Source: Opitutales bacterium
GTDB taxonomy: Bacteria; Verrucomicrobiota; Verrucomicrobiia; Opitutales; PNEW01
Length of the DNA: 32,000 bases
Reading direction: 5' to 3'
NCBI GenBank assembly: GCA_965219535.1
Contig: CBDCNV010000001.1
Location: 720,001-752,000, forward strand
This document shows positions 8,104 through 15,989 of this stretch, piece after piece; position 1 is the stretch's first letter, and each line of letters opens with the position of its first letter. Position numbers and translations under genes: made by a program. Below the pieces are notes generated by a model. That model was not told where the DNA came from. It made no database searches and worked only from the letters and a program-made list of their open reading frames with translations.

Positions 8104-9183
8104 CTAACGAACCTGGCCCTTTCTAACTGACCAGATAAATCCATCGTACCAAAAATGCATAATTGAGACGACGAGCAATATCGAAGCCATCGTTCGGGTC
8201 GATAGCTGCAGGGTATCCAAATATATTGTATGCCAGATACCAAAACTGATACCGGTCAATATGAAAATAGATAATGCGATCTGTCGTCCACCCCGATACT
8301 GACTTAGGCGAAAAAACGAAGTAATGTTTTTCTGCTCCATGTGCCAGACGATAAAAAAATACTGCCAGGCGTGAAAAAAGTTCATCACAAAGAATGCTTC
8401 ACCAAATGAATTGAATCCCCAGCAAGTAATCGAGACGAGAGCGAGAATGGCGTAAAGAAATACCTTTTGATAGGAGACCTTGTAGCCTCGTTGGCTGAGT
8501 CTCCAGTATGCGTAGAAATAATAAATAAAAAAGAACATACACAGGGTAAGAATGCTGTATGTGAGGAATTGACTGTACTCACCGGTAGCTGGGACCCACT
8601 CAAAAAATGGTTTCTCAAGATCAAGATACTGCTCCAACTGTTCTTGATTAATCATCAAATGAGAAACCAGGGACACTCCGGCCAGGATGGGTCCGGTATA
8701 GAGTATTATATTAAGAACCCAATCGAGACGTCTGCCCATCAGCGCATCGTTGCCTTTTCTGGCGTCATAAATACGTCCAATACCAAAGGTCTGTAGGCTC
8801 GAATGATAAACATCCCACCAGATGCCAATAACTGCAACTATTGCCAGCAGCCATACCGAAAAGCTGACGGCCGCGAATAGCGCGAGCGGAACTATTGTGA
8901 AGCGCCACTTGTAGAGTTTGAATATTTTGGGATTCAGGTGACTGCGGAAAAATACGATAAATAAATGTGAAAAGATGATGACATTGATAAAAGCAATCGC
9001 TAATGATTTATCATCGATCGAGGTGACGCCTTCCGTTAAGGGAAAGGACAGCAGGGGACTCGTCTTGAAAGGGATAAATACCAGTATCGCTACGAGTGGT
9101 GCCGCAATCAGGAATATCGTGTCTCTTATTGGACCCGCAATGTAACTACTCGACGTTTTATTCACAGATTGAGCCATGCCCAA
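8104..9183 (-). CDS. Polytopic inner-membrane protein of unknown function (about 9-10 predicted TM helices)
   Basis: 359-aa ORF, strongly hydrophobic throughout. His/aromatic motifs sit in or near TM segments: FSHLFIVFFRSH, WWDVYHSSLQTFGIGRIYD, FFHAWQYFFIVWH, MHFWYDGFIWSVRK. It lies 43 nt upstream of the TPR gene and is co-oriented with it. I do not recognise the family. Confidence 0.6.
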   Translation of the reverse strand: MGMAQSVNKTSSSYIAGPIRDTIFLIAAPLVAILVFIPFKTSPLLSFPLTEGVTSIDDKSLAIAFINVIIFSHLFIVFFRSHLNPKIFKLYKWRFTIVPLALFAAVSFSVWLLAIVAVIGIWWDVYHSSLQTFGIGRIYDARKGNDALMGRRLDWVLNIILYTGPILAGVSLVSHLMINQEQLEQYLDLEKPFFEWVPATGEYSQFLTYSILTLCMFFFIYYFYAYWRLSQRGYKVSYQKVFLYAILALVSITCWGFNSFGEAFFVMNFFHAWQYFFIVWHMEQKNITSFFRLSQYRGGRQIALSIFILTGISFGIWHTIYLDTLQLSTRTMASILLVVSIMHFWYDGFIWSVRKGQVR

Positions 9184-9319
9184 TTAAAATTTTAAGCGGA
9201 TATGCGTAAAAGCGTGAATGCGGTAACGCGGATAGCGCTAGGATGATCTTGTATCCCGCATTTTGCGTCCTGGATCCTCTACCAATCGCCAATCTAAAAT
9301 CGGCATTTAGCAATCGAAA

Positions 9320-9775
9320 TCACTTCCAACTTGCCTGGACCATCTTGCACACGGCTTTCAGGACGGAACGCCGATAAATCAATCCGACGACTTTATTGTC
9401 ATCAACAACAGGATAACAATAGAAATTATACTTCGTAAATAATTCTATCGCTTCATGGATATCAGAAGTCGATTGGACGGGTATAATCTTTTTAGACATG
9501 TAATCGCGCACTTTGCGTGGTTGATCATTGTAATACTTCATGTCCATCTGTAATTTCAAACAGTCTTTTTCTGATAAAAACCCCACCGCTTCATTTTTCT
9601 CATTAATAACCGGGGCTCCAGAAATCTTCTTTTTTATTAACGTTTTTGACGCCTCATCGATATCCATGTCCTCGGTAAAGTAGGGAAATACCTTAAGCAT
9701 GATATCCTTTACTAAAATCTCCTGGGTTTTTGATTTTTTGACGTCTTTAAAAATATTTGGTGTATAATTTACCAT
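9320..9775 (-). CDS. CBS-domain pair protein
   Basis: 151-aa ORF with two CBS-like units (VKDIM...ISGAPVINEKNEAVGFLSEKD and VRDYMSKKIIPV...YCYPVVDDNKVVGLIYRRSVLK). Confidence 0.75.
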   Translation of the reverse strand: MVNYTPNIFKDVKKSKTQEILVKDIMLKVFPYFTEDMDIDEASKTLIKKKISGAPVINEKNEAVGFLSEKDCLKLQMDMKYYNDQPRKVRDYMSKKIIPVQSTSDIHEAIELFTKYNFYCYPVVDDNKVVGLIYRRSVLKAVCKMVQASWK

Positions 9776-9989
9776 TTGAATCCTCCCTTACCTGAATTTA
9801 ACTCTCAATAATCTCGTGATACAGATGAAATGTAATGCCCCCCAGTATAACTGTCAAATCATAGAGTTTAATGAAAATGGATTATTGCCCTTTACTCATC
9901 CTCGACCTCACTATTATCCATTATTCTCGATTTAGCTTATAAATTATGGCTTAAATTTGAGATCAACATTTGTAGTAAAAGGAATCAGG

Positions 9990-10820
9990 ATGGCTAAAAA
10001 AAAAGTATTATTAACAGGAGCAGCGGGACGAATTGGAAACGCTTGCCGGAAAAATTGGGGAGATCATTTTGATCTTCGTTTGCATGTTTATACCGAGGAT
10101 CAGAAACCTGATGGTGAGGGAGAGGTAATCGTTGGAGCCTGTGAAGATTTTGAAATAATGAAACAAGCGACCGAGGGAGTTGATGCGGTCGTTCACCTCG
10201 CTGCTATACCCGGCGAAGACAGTTTTCACAATATTCTTCAATCCAACATCGTTGGTATTTATAATGTCTTAGAGGCGAGCCGACTCAATGGGGTAAAGAG
10301 AATCGCCTTTGCCAGCACCAATCACACCACTGGGGCCTGGGAGATGAATGGAATTCAAGCCAATCCTGACATGCCGCCGCGCGCGGATTCCTTTTATGGG
10401 GCATCAAAAGTTTATGGAGAAGTGTTGGGACGCTTATATGCTGATAAACATGGTATTGAATTTGTGGCACTGCGTATTGGTAACGTAAACGATAAAAACC
10501 GTCCTCTGAACATACGAGGGATATGGATGTGGATCAGTCATCGGGATATCGCTGAGTTATTTCGCCTTGCAATCGACACCGAGGAAATCCAGTTCGCTAT
10601 TGTCTATGGGGGTTCTGATAATCCGAATAGCTGTCTCGAGTTATCATCGGCGCGCGAAATCCTGGGTTTTAAACCGCAAGACAGTGTAAAGGATTATCTC
10701 GGCGAATTGCCGCCGGATGTTGTTGCCAAACATGAATCTACTGTCTGGCAGGTTATGGATAAGGGCACCGGCTTTAACGCGAAAGAAGAGTGTGATCCGA
10801 AGGCATGGCCTGAATGGTAA
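9990..10820 (+). CDS. NAD-dependent SDR of the epimerase/dehydratase family, uronate dehydrogenase (Udh)-like
   Basis: Rossmann motif VLLTGAAGRIGN directly after the ATG at 9990 (AAGGAA upstream). The track ORF starts at a TTG at 9957. Catalytic YGASKVYGE (YxxxK) is present. The blocks VHLAAIPGEDSFHNILQSNIVGIYNVLEA, FASTNHTTG, ALRIGN and WISHRDIAELF parallel Agrobacterium Udh as I recall it. Confidence 0.75.
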   Translation: MAKKKVLLTGAAGRIGNACRKNWGDHFDLRLHVYTEDQKPDGEGEVIVGACEDFEIMKQATEGVDAVVHLAAIPGEDSFHNILQSNIVGIYNVLEASRLNGVKRIAFASTNHTTGAWEMNGIQANPDMPPRADSFYGASKVYGEVLGRLYADKHGIEFVALRIGNVNDKNRPLNIRGIWMWISHRDIAELFRLAIDTEEIQFAIVYGGSDNPNSCLELSSAREILGFKPQDSVKDYLGELPPDVVAKHESTVWQVMDKGTGFNAKEECDPKAWPEW

Positions 10821-11039
10821 CGAACGAGATAGCCTGATAAAATACCACTACGGAGCCAAGTTCCTCCTACGAGGCAGGGCCAACACTATTCGCATAAGCT
10901 GTATCACCAGCTTTCGTTCGCTAAAATAGTGGTGTGTGACGATAATAGTATGGGTCAATTAGCGGCGATAAATTTGACGAAGGTGTAAATATGGAATATA
11001 ATAATACCTCTTCTCAATAGAGGCGCTCAATTATCATCT

Positions 11040-11489
11040 ATGACTAAGAAATTTTATATAATTGAAGACGAAGAGGCCGTACGTATTTCGTTATTTGCTA
11101 TCATTGACGATTTTTTGGATGACTGTGAAGTCGTTGGTTATAACGCGAACGGTCAGTTGGGGATTAATGAATGTTTAGCATTAAAACCTGATCTCGCGAT
11201 TGTAGATATCAGGCTGGCCGATGTTAATGGTATAGAAATCCTTCATATCATTAAAAAGAGAGATCCTGAGATTAAGGTGATTATCCATTCAGGGTTTTTA
11301 GATCTGAATACGGTGAAGCTCGCTTACAATGGTGAGGCTGACGGAATCATTGAAAAACCAGTGTCTTTAGATGAATTTAAGACAGCTGTAGAAACTATAT
11401 ATGCAGGCGACCAGTACTATAGCCAGGGAGTTTTAGAAAAATTACTCCAGTATCATACCGTGCCACCATTTGTGCGAATTAAACACTAA
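11040..11489 (+). CDS. Stand-alone response-regulator receiver protein (NarL-like receiver plus linker, no output domain)
   Basis: 149-aa ORF with an acidic N-terminal pocket (IIEDEE), phospho-acceptor Asp in LAIVDIRLADVNG, Ser in IIHSG and Lys in IEKP. The C-terminal AGDQYYSQGVLEKLL resembles the NarL/FixJ linker, but the ORF stops before any HTH. Confidence 0.8.
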   Translation: MTKKFYIIEDEEAVRISLFAIIDDFLDDCEVVGYNANGQLGINECLALKPDLAIVDIRLADVNGIEILHIIKKRDPEIKVIIHSGFLDLNTVKLAYNGEADGIIEKPVSLDEFKTAVETIYAGDQYYSQGVLEKLLQYHTVPPFVRIKH

Positions 11490-11492
11490 CCA

Positions 11493-11512
11493 TCCCACAT
11501 CGCTGTGGGGTA
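11493..11512. terminator. Hairpin between convergent genes (possible bidirectional terminator)
   Basis: atcccaca / loop tcgc / tgtggggt forms an 8-bp stem with one G-U pair. It lies in the 45-nt gap between the response-regulator stop and the RraA-like stop. No U-run follows. Confidence 0.3.
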
Positions 11513-11534
11513 GTTGTCCAGGTATAACCTACAG

Positions 11535-12209
11535 CTATTCGTTTAATCCCAATGCCTGGAGGTAATCTTCCCCGTCATCCCATTTCTTGAAGATTGCTTC
11601 TTCTTCATCCAGGACTTCACGCGCTGCTGTGATCACCGCTGGTGCATCCTTAACCGGGCAAAAAACAATACCGTCAACATCGGCAACAACCAGCTCGCCC
11701 GGTTGGGCAATCACACCACCGATGCTAACTGCTATTTCCGCTTCTGCGCCGACATAACCTTCGGGTAATTTGGGGATGACAAAGGAGTCGGCTGAGATGG
11801 TGCGATGAAACATTTGCATCCCCTGCTTAGTTACATCGACAATGTCGCGGATCGGACCATCAATGATCACACCCGTAAGTCCAGCGTGAACAAATGATCT
11901 GCTCGCTCCTCCGCCAAAGGGTGAACGTAGACCAAGTCGAGACTCGGCTACAAGAACAGGTGAAGCTGCTGTCTTTGCCTGCTTGAATGCATTGGCAAAC
12001 GCATATTCACGGGGGGGTGTCGGTTCTTCAGGAAAAAAATCTAGCAGTAGGGTTACAACCGTGCCCGCGATGCTTTTGTTCGGAATCAGGGGACGTAGTG
12101 AAGGATCGACTATTCGAGGGGGCAATCCCAGTCTCTGCATGCCGTCGGCAATAAAGGGTGATCCCAATTTACGAAAGATTTCAATGATTTCTTCAACCGT
12201 CATTTCCAT
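11535..12209 (-). CDS. RraA-family protein (RraA / HMG-CHA aldolase / oxaloacetate decarboxylase-like fold)
   Basis: 224-aa ORF. GGGASRSFVHAGLTGVIIDGPIRDIVDV and VSIGGVIAQPGELVVADVDGIVFCP fit RraA-like family motifs. Confidence 0.7.
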   Translation of the reverse strand: MEMTVEEIIEIFRKLGSPFIADGMQRLGLPPRIVDPSLRPLIPNKSIAGTVVTLLLDFFPEEPTPPREYAFANAFKQAKTAASPVLVAESRLGLRSPFGGGASRSFVHAGLTGVIIDGPIRDIVDVTKQGMQMFHRTISADSFVIPKLPEGYVGAEAEIAVSIGGVIAQPGELVVADVDGIVFCPVKDAPAVITAAREVLDEEEAIFKKWDDGEDYLQALGLNE

Positions 12210-12360
12210 TTATTTTCTATATCACTATTAGTCCTTCCAGAAGACAAGCGCAATGTTGCTATAAGGTGGATAAGTCTAACAGCTGATGGATTGAGGAATC
12301 TTTAGGGTTGTGAACTTGGATTGACATCTTTAATCCCTGCTTAAACTTTACACAACTGAT

Positions 12361-13257
12361 ATGAGTGATAACGGAGGCGGAAAAGGAAAAAGTGGAATAG
12401 CAGTTTATGCCCTGTCCGATATTCACTTGGATAACGAGGGCAATAAACCGTGGTTTCAAAAACTTTTAAACGATAATTATGCCGACGACACACTCATCCT
12501 CGCCGGTGATGTAAGCGACGACCTAGAACTGCTCAGGGAAACTTTAACCGCACTCCGCGGTTTGTTTAACGAGGTCTTTTTTGTGCCGGGCAATCATGAA
12601 TTGTGGATTAACCGAAGTGATTGTGATGATTCATTGAAGAAATTCTGGCAGATTATAGATCTGTGCAATTCACTGAATGTTAATACCCGCCCGGCAAAAG
12701 TTGGCGGCGGGGAAAATGGAAAAGGTGTCTGGATATTACCGCTTTTTTCCTGGTACCGGAAACCTGAAGAAAGTGATAAGAGCTTATATCATGAAAAACA
12801 AGGAGATGATCCGACTTTGGAAATGTGGTGCGATACCCATTATGTGAAGTGGCCTTCTTTCAAAGAACAGGGTTCAGCGGCAGAGTACTTTCTTCATCTC
12901 AATGAAAAACAGGTCCCATCGAGTTTCGATGCCCCGGTAATTTCTTTCAGTCATTTTTTGCCTCGAAGGGACCTTATATTCAGCACGCAGGAGGAAAGAA
13001 AAATGAACGGGGTGATATTAAAAGATCCTCACCCGGCTTTTAATTTCAGCCGGGTCGCTGGGTGTTCAGGTCTGGAAGAACAAATAAGAAAGTTTGGCTC
13101 GATCATTCATGTCTATGGTCATCAGCATCGCAATAGGCACCGCATGGTCGATGACATACTTTATATCTCACATTGTCTCGGATCACCTTTGGAAAGACAA
13201 AATCATCTGCTCGGAGGAGATATGAAGGGCCCCAAATTAATTTGGGAGGAAAAGTAA
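12361..13257 (+). CDS. Calcineurin-like metallophosphoesterase
   Basis: 298-aa ORF with the ordered phosphoesterase motifs SDIHLD, ILAGDVSD, PGNHE, SHFLP and YGHQH. Confidence 0.8.
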   Translation: MSDNGGGKGKSGIAVYALSDIHLDNEGNKPWFQKLLNDNYADDTLILAGDVSDDLELLRETLTALRGLFNEVFFVPGNHELWINRSDCDDSLKKFWQIIDLCNSLNVNTRPAKVGGGENGKGVWILPLFSWYRKPEESDKSLYHEKQGDDPTLEMWCDTHYVKWPSFKEQGSAAEYFLHLNEKQVPSSFDAPVISFSHFLPRRDLIFSTQEERKMNGVILKDPHPAFNFSRVAGCSGLEEQIRKFGSIIHVYGHQHRNRHRMVDDILYISHCLGSPLERQNHLLGGDMKGPKLIWEEK

Positions 13258-13382
13258 AATGCTTTTTTTAGATTTACCGTAAGGGGTATGACAGAAGCCT
13301 AAAGCTTACGCATTTGCCTTTTAAGAGGTTTAATATTATAAAAAACGAGTTATTTTCTAATATTTATCAAAGTCGGGCGTTA

Positions 13383-13400
13383 TTACCCTTATAAGAGTAA
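13383..13400. promoter_or_regulatory. 18-nt imperfect palindrome upstream of the DUF4139-like array (possible operator)
   Basis: ttacccttataagagtaa pairs at 8 of 9 positions about its centre and ends 35 nt upstream of the ATG at 13435. I noticed no second copy. Confidence 0.2.
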
Positions 13401-13434
13401 TTTTTAAGCTACTGATAATTTAACATTTTTTATC

Positions 13435-14802
13435 ATGATTAAACGAACGAGTAAGAGCATTTACGGGGTTGTGCGGGTCCTGGTTCTATTATGTTTTATT
13501 GCCGGCATCGCCGAGGCGATGGTGGATCTGGTAACACTGCCCAACCGGGAGAGTGTGCAGTTGACGATCTATAACTCCGCGGACTTGACCCTGGCGCAGG
13601 AAAAAAGAGGCCTGACCTTATTGGAGGGGATGAATGAGCTGCAGTTTTCCTGGGCGAATACACTTATCGATCCTACGAGTTTAGAAATGCTCCCACAAAA
13701 GAATGCCGGATCGATTGATATCTTTGATCTGACCTTTCCGCCGCGGGTGAGAAACCTTGGGTTGTGGAATATCAAAAGCGGAATGAGCGGGAAGGTACCG
13801 GTAGAGATCAGCTATTTAACGAGCGGACTTTCGTGGAGAGCATTTTATTTAGGTACCCTGACTACGGATGAGAAGGAGATGAGACTCAAGGGGTACGTGC
13901 GGGTGACAAATAACAGTGGAGAGGACTACGAGAACGCGCAAGTGAGGTTAATCGTAGGGAAGGTGCACCTTATCGACCAGATAGCTCAGTTGGCACAGCA
14001 GCAGTATCCTTACGGTCGACCGGGTTATGAAATTTACGGTGGAGCAGTTGCGCCTCAAAAGGCTTCAGGAAATAAAATGATGCGAATGATGAATGCCGCG
14101 GCAATGGACGCCTCTGTAGCCATGGAACAGGCCCCAAAGCAAGTCGTTAAAGAGGGTTTGAGTGAGTATTTTCTCTACACCATAGAGGGGACGGAAACGA
14201 TCCCCAATGGCTGGTCAAAACGACTGCCGAGCTTTGATACGGCAGGTGTGCCGGTGGTCAATCTCTACAAGTACGAAGAGGAGCGGTATGGCAGGGGAGT
14301 CTTGCGGTTTTTAAGTTTCAAGAATGATGAAGAACATAAATTGGGCGAGACGCCCATCCCGGGAGGGATGATCAAGGTCTTCCGCTCGGTGAATAAAGAA
14401 AAGAACCTGAGCTATGAGGGACAGTCAAATTTCAAATACATCCCGGTAGAAGAAGATGTGGAATTAAACCTCGGAGCGGTGCAGACCGTGGTCGTGGAGC
14501 CGACCCTCATGGAGTATCACACGGAGAACTACCGCTTTGACCGTTGGGAGAACATCAGCGGCTGGGATGAAGTGAGAGATTTTAAAGTAGAGATCAAGAA
14601 TACAAGGGAGATACCTATAAAAGTGGAAATACAGAGAAACTTTAATACCACCTATTGGAAGATAAAGAACAGTGGAGAGTTTGGGAAGTATGAGAAATTG
14701 GATGTCGACACCGTGAAATATACCCTGGAACTGGGGCCGAAGTCACAGAAGACATTGAATTATGTCCTGACAACCTTTCACGGCACGCGAGCAGAAATTT
14801 AA
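13435..14802 (+). CDS. Secreted/periplasmic DUF4140-DUF4139 (MuiA-like, TIGR02231-like) protein, paralogue A with a Met-rich central cassette
   Basis: 455-aa ORF with a signal peptide ending AEA. The N-terminal block (VQLTIYNSADLTLAQEKRGLTLLEGMNELQFSWANTLIDPTSLEM) fits the DUF4140 pattern. The C-terminal block (YFLYTIEG..TIPNGWSKRL..., LRFLSFKNDE..LGETPIPGGMIKVF..., ELNLGAVQTVVV, EIKNTREIPIKVEIQ...YTLELGPKSQKTLNYVL) fits DUF4139. The family call is from memory of the consensus, not a search. Confidence 0.7.
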   Translation: MIKRTSKSIYGVVRVLVLLCFIAGIAEAMVDLVTLPNRESVQLTIYNSADLTLAQEKRGLTLLEGMNELQFSWANTLIDPTSLEMLPQKNAGSIDIFDLTFPPRVRNLGLWNIKSGMSGKVPVEISYLTSGLSWRAFYLGTLTTDEKEMRLKGYVRVTNNSGEDYENAQVRLIVGKVHLIDQIAQLAQQQYPYGRPGYEIYGGAVAPQKASGNKMMRMMNAAAMDASVAMEQAPKQVVKEGLSEYFLYTIEGTETIPNGWSKRLPSFDTAGVPVVNLYKYEEERYGRGVLRFLSFKNDEEHKLGETPIPGGMIKVFRSVNKEKNLSYEGQSNFKYIPVEEDVELNLGAVQTVVVEPTLMEYHTENYRFDRWENISGWDEVRDFKVEIKNTREIPIKVEIQRNFNTTYWKIKNSGEFGKYEKLDVDTVKYTLELGPKSQKTLNYVLTTFHGTRAEI

Positions 14803-14828
14803 TTAAAAATATATTGGGAGTTTAAATA

Positions 14829-15965
14829 ATGAAAACAATCAAGCGGTTATATAGTATTATCACACTAACAGGAATCATCTCCGTTTTTGCGGCAACCGCG
14901 GAAGCGAGAATAAAATTAGTCGCATTGCCGGAGCGCGCAACGACGATAATCAGACTCGATAATCCTCAGTTTACACTTATTGAGGAGGAGCGGGTTTTAA
15001 CCCTGCAGCGCGGAATCAACAAGGTGGATTTTTCCTGGAATGGAGTGAGTATCGACCCTGATTCCATCCGCCTTGCGATATTAACCCATGCCAAGGATGT
15101 AACCTTACTGAATGTCAGTTATCCACCTAATGAAGCCGCCCTGGTATGGGAAATCAGCAGCGCGGGTGCCTGGGAAGAAAAAGTAAGAGTGAGTTATTTG
15201 CTTTCGAATATCGACCGACTAATTACCTATAAAGCCCTCGCGGATAAGCAGGAATCTGAAGTCGATTTTAAAAGCCATCTTATCCTTCGTAATTTCTCCG
15301 GTGAGGATTTTGAACACGCGCGTGTGCTCCTGGACTATGGACAGGCTTTCGAACGGGGAATAAATCATGAAGAGACAAAACAGCTCTTATTTTTATCGGC
15401 CGGCAAGGTGCCGATACAAAAAGTCTGGAAGTGGGATGCCGCGATCCAGGCTTGGGATCCGGAAAAAATAAATCAGAATGTAGGGATTCCCGTCAGCTAT
15501 AAAATTACTAATGACGATGAAAGTCGTTTGGGGGACAATGCTCTTTGGGGTGGAAAAGTAAGGGTATACCAGGAAGATGGTCACGGCAGTACTATTTTGC
15601 TCGGTGAAGATGCTGTCGGTCTGACGCCCGTTGGCGAGGATATGGAAGTTTATATCGGTGATAGTCGGGATATAGTCGTTACGCAGCGCAAAATGTTAGA
15701 CCGTAAAATTAATATACGCTATAATTCGAATAGACATATCGTCCTTTATGATAATGAAGAGCAGATTACGACGAAGATCGAAAACTTCAAGGATTCGGAA
15801 GCCTTATTGACTTTAGTCCAGCACATTCCGGGGGAATGGGAGATGAAAAGGTCGACTTTAAAATATTCTCTTAAGAATGCGAATACCCTCGAGTACGAAA
15901 TTGCTTTAGCTCCCAATAGTGAAAAAGAGCTTAAGTTTCACTATGTTCGTAAGAATATCCGCTGA
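14829..15965 (+). CDS. Secreted/periplasmic DUF4139-like protein, divergent paralogue B lacking the central cassette
   Basis: 378-aa ORF with a signal peptide also ending AEA and a GGGAG ribosome-binding site. It aligns by eye with A: IKLVALPERA../VDLVTLPNRE.., FSWNGVSIDPDSIRL/FSWANTLIDPTSLEM, RNFSGEDFEHARVLL/TNNSGEDYENAQVRL, and an ALAPNSEKELKFHYV/ELGPKSQKTLNYVL tail. It starts 26 nt after A and ends 24 nt before A'. Confidence 0.7.
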   Translation: MKTIKRLYSIITLTGIISVFAATAEARIKLVALPERATTIIRLDNPQFTLIEEERVLTLQRGINKVDFSWNGVSIDPDSIRLAILTHAKDVTLLNVSYPPNEAALVWEISSAGAWEEKVRVSYLLSNIDRLITYKALADKQESEVDFKSHLILRNFSGEDFEHARVLLDYGQAFERGINHEETKQLLFLSAGKVPIQKVWKWDAAIQAWDPEKINQNVGIPVSYKITNDDESRLGDNALWGGKVRVYQEDGHGSTILLGEDAVGLTPVGEDMEVYIGDSRDIVVTQRKMLDRKINIRYNSNRHIVLYDNEEQITTKIENFKDSEALLTLVQHIPGEWEMKRSTLKYSLKNANTLEYEIALAPNSEKELKFHYVRKNIR

Positions 15966-15989
15966 AGGTAAAATTTAAAAAGTAAAGTT

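Noticed and set aside
10717-10929. 70-aa plus-strand ORF overlapping the 3' end of the SDR gene
   Set aside because: It is out of frame with a well-supported gene, runs into the intergenic region, and has no motifs.
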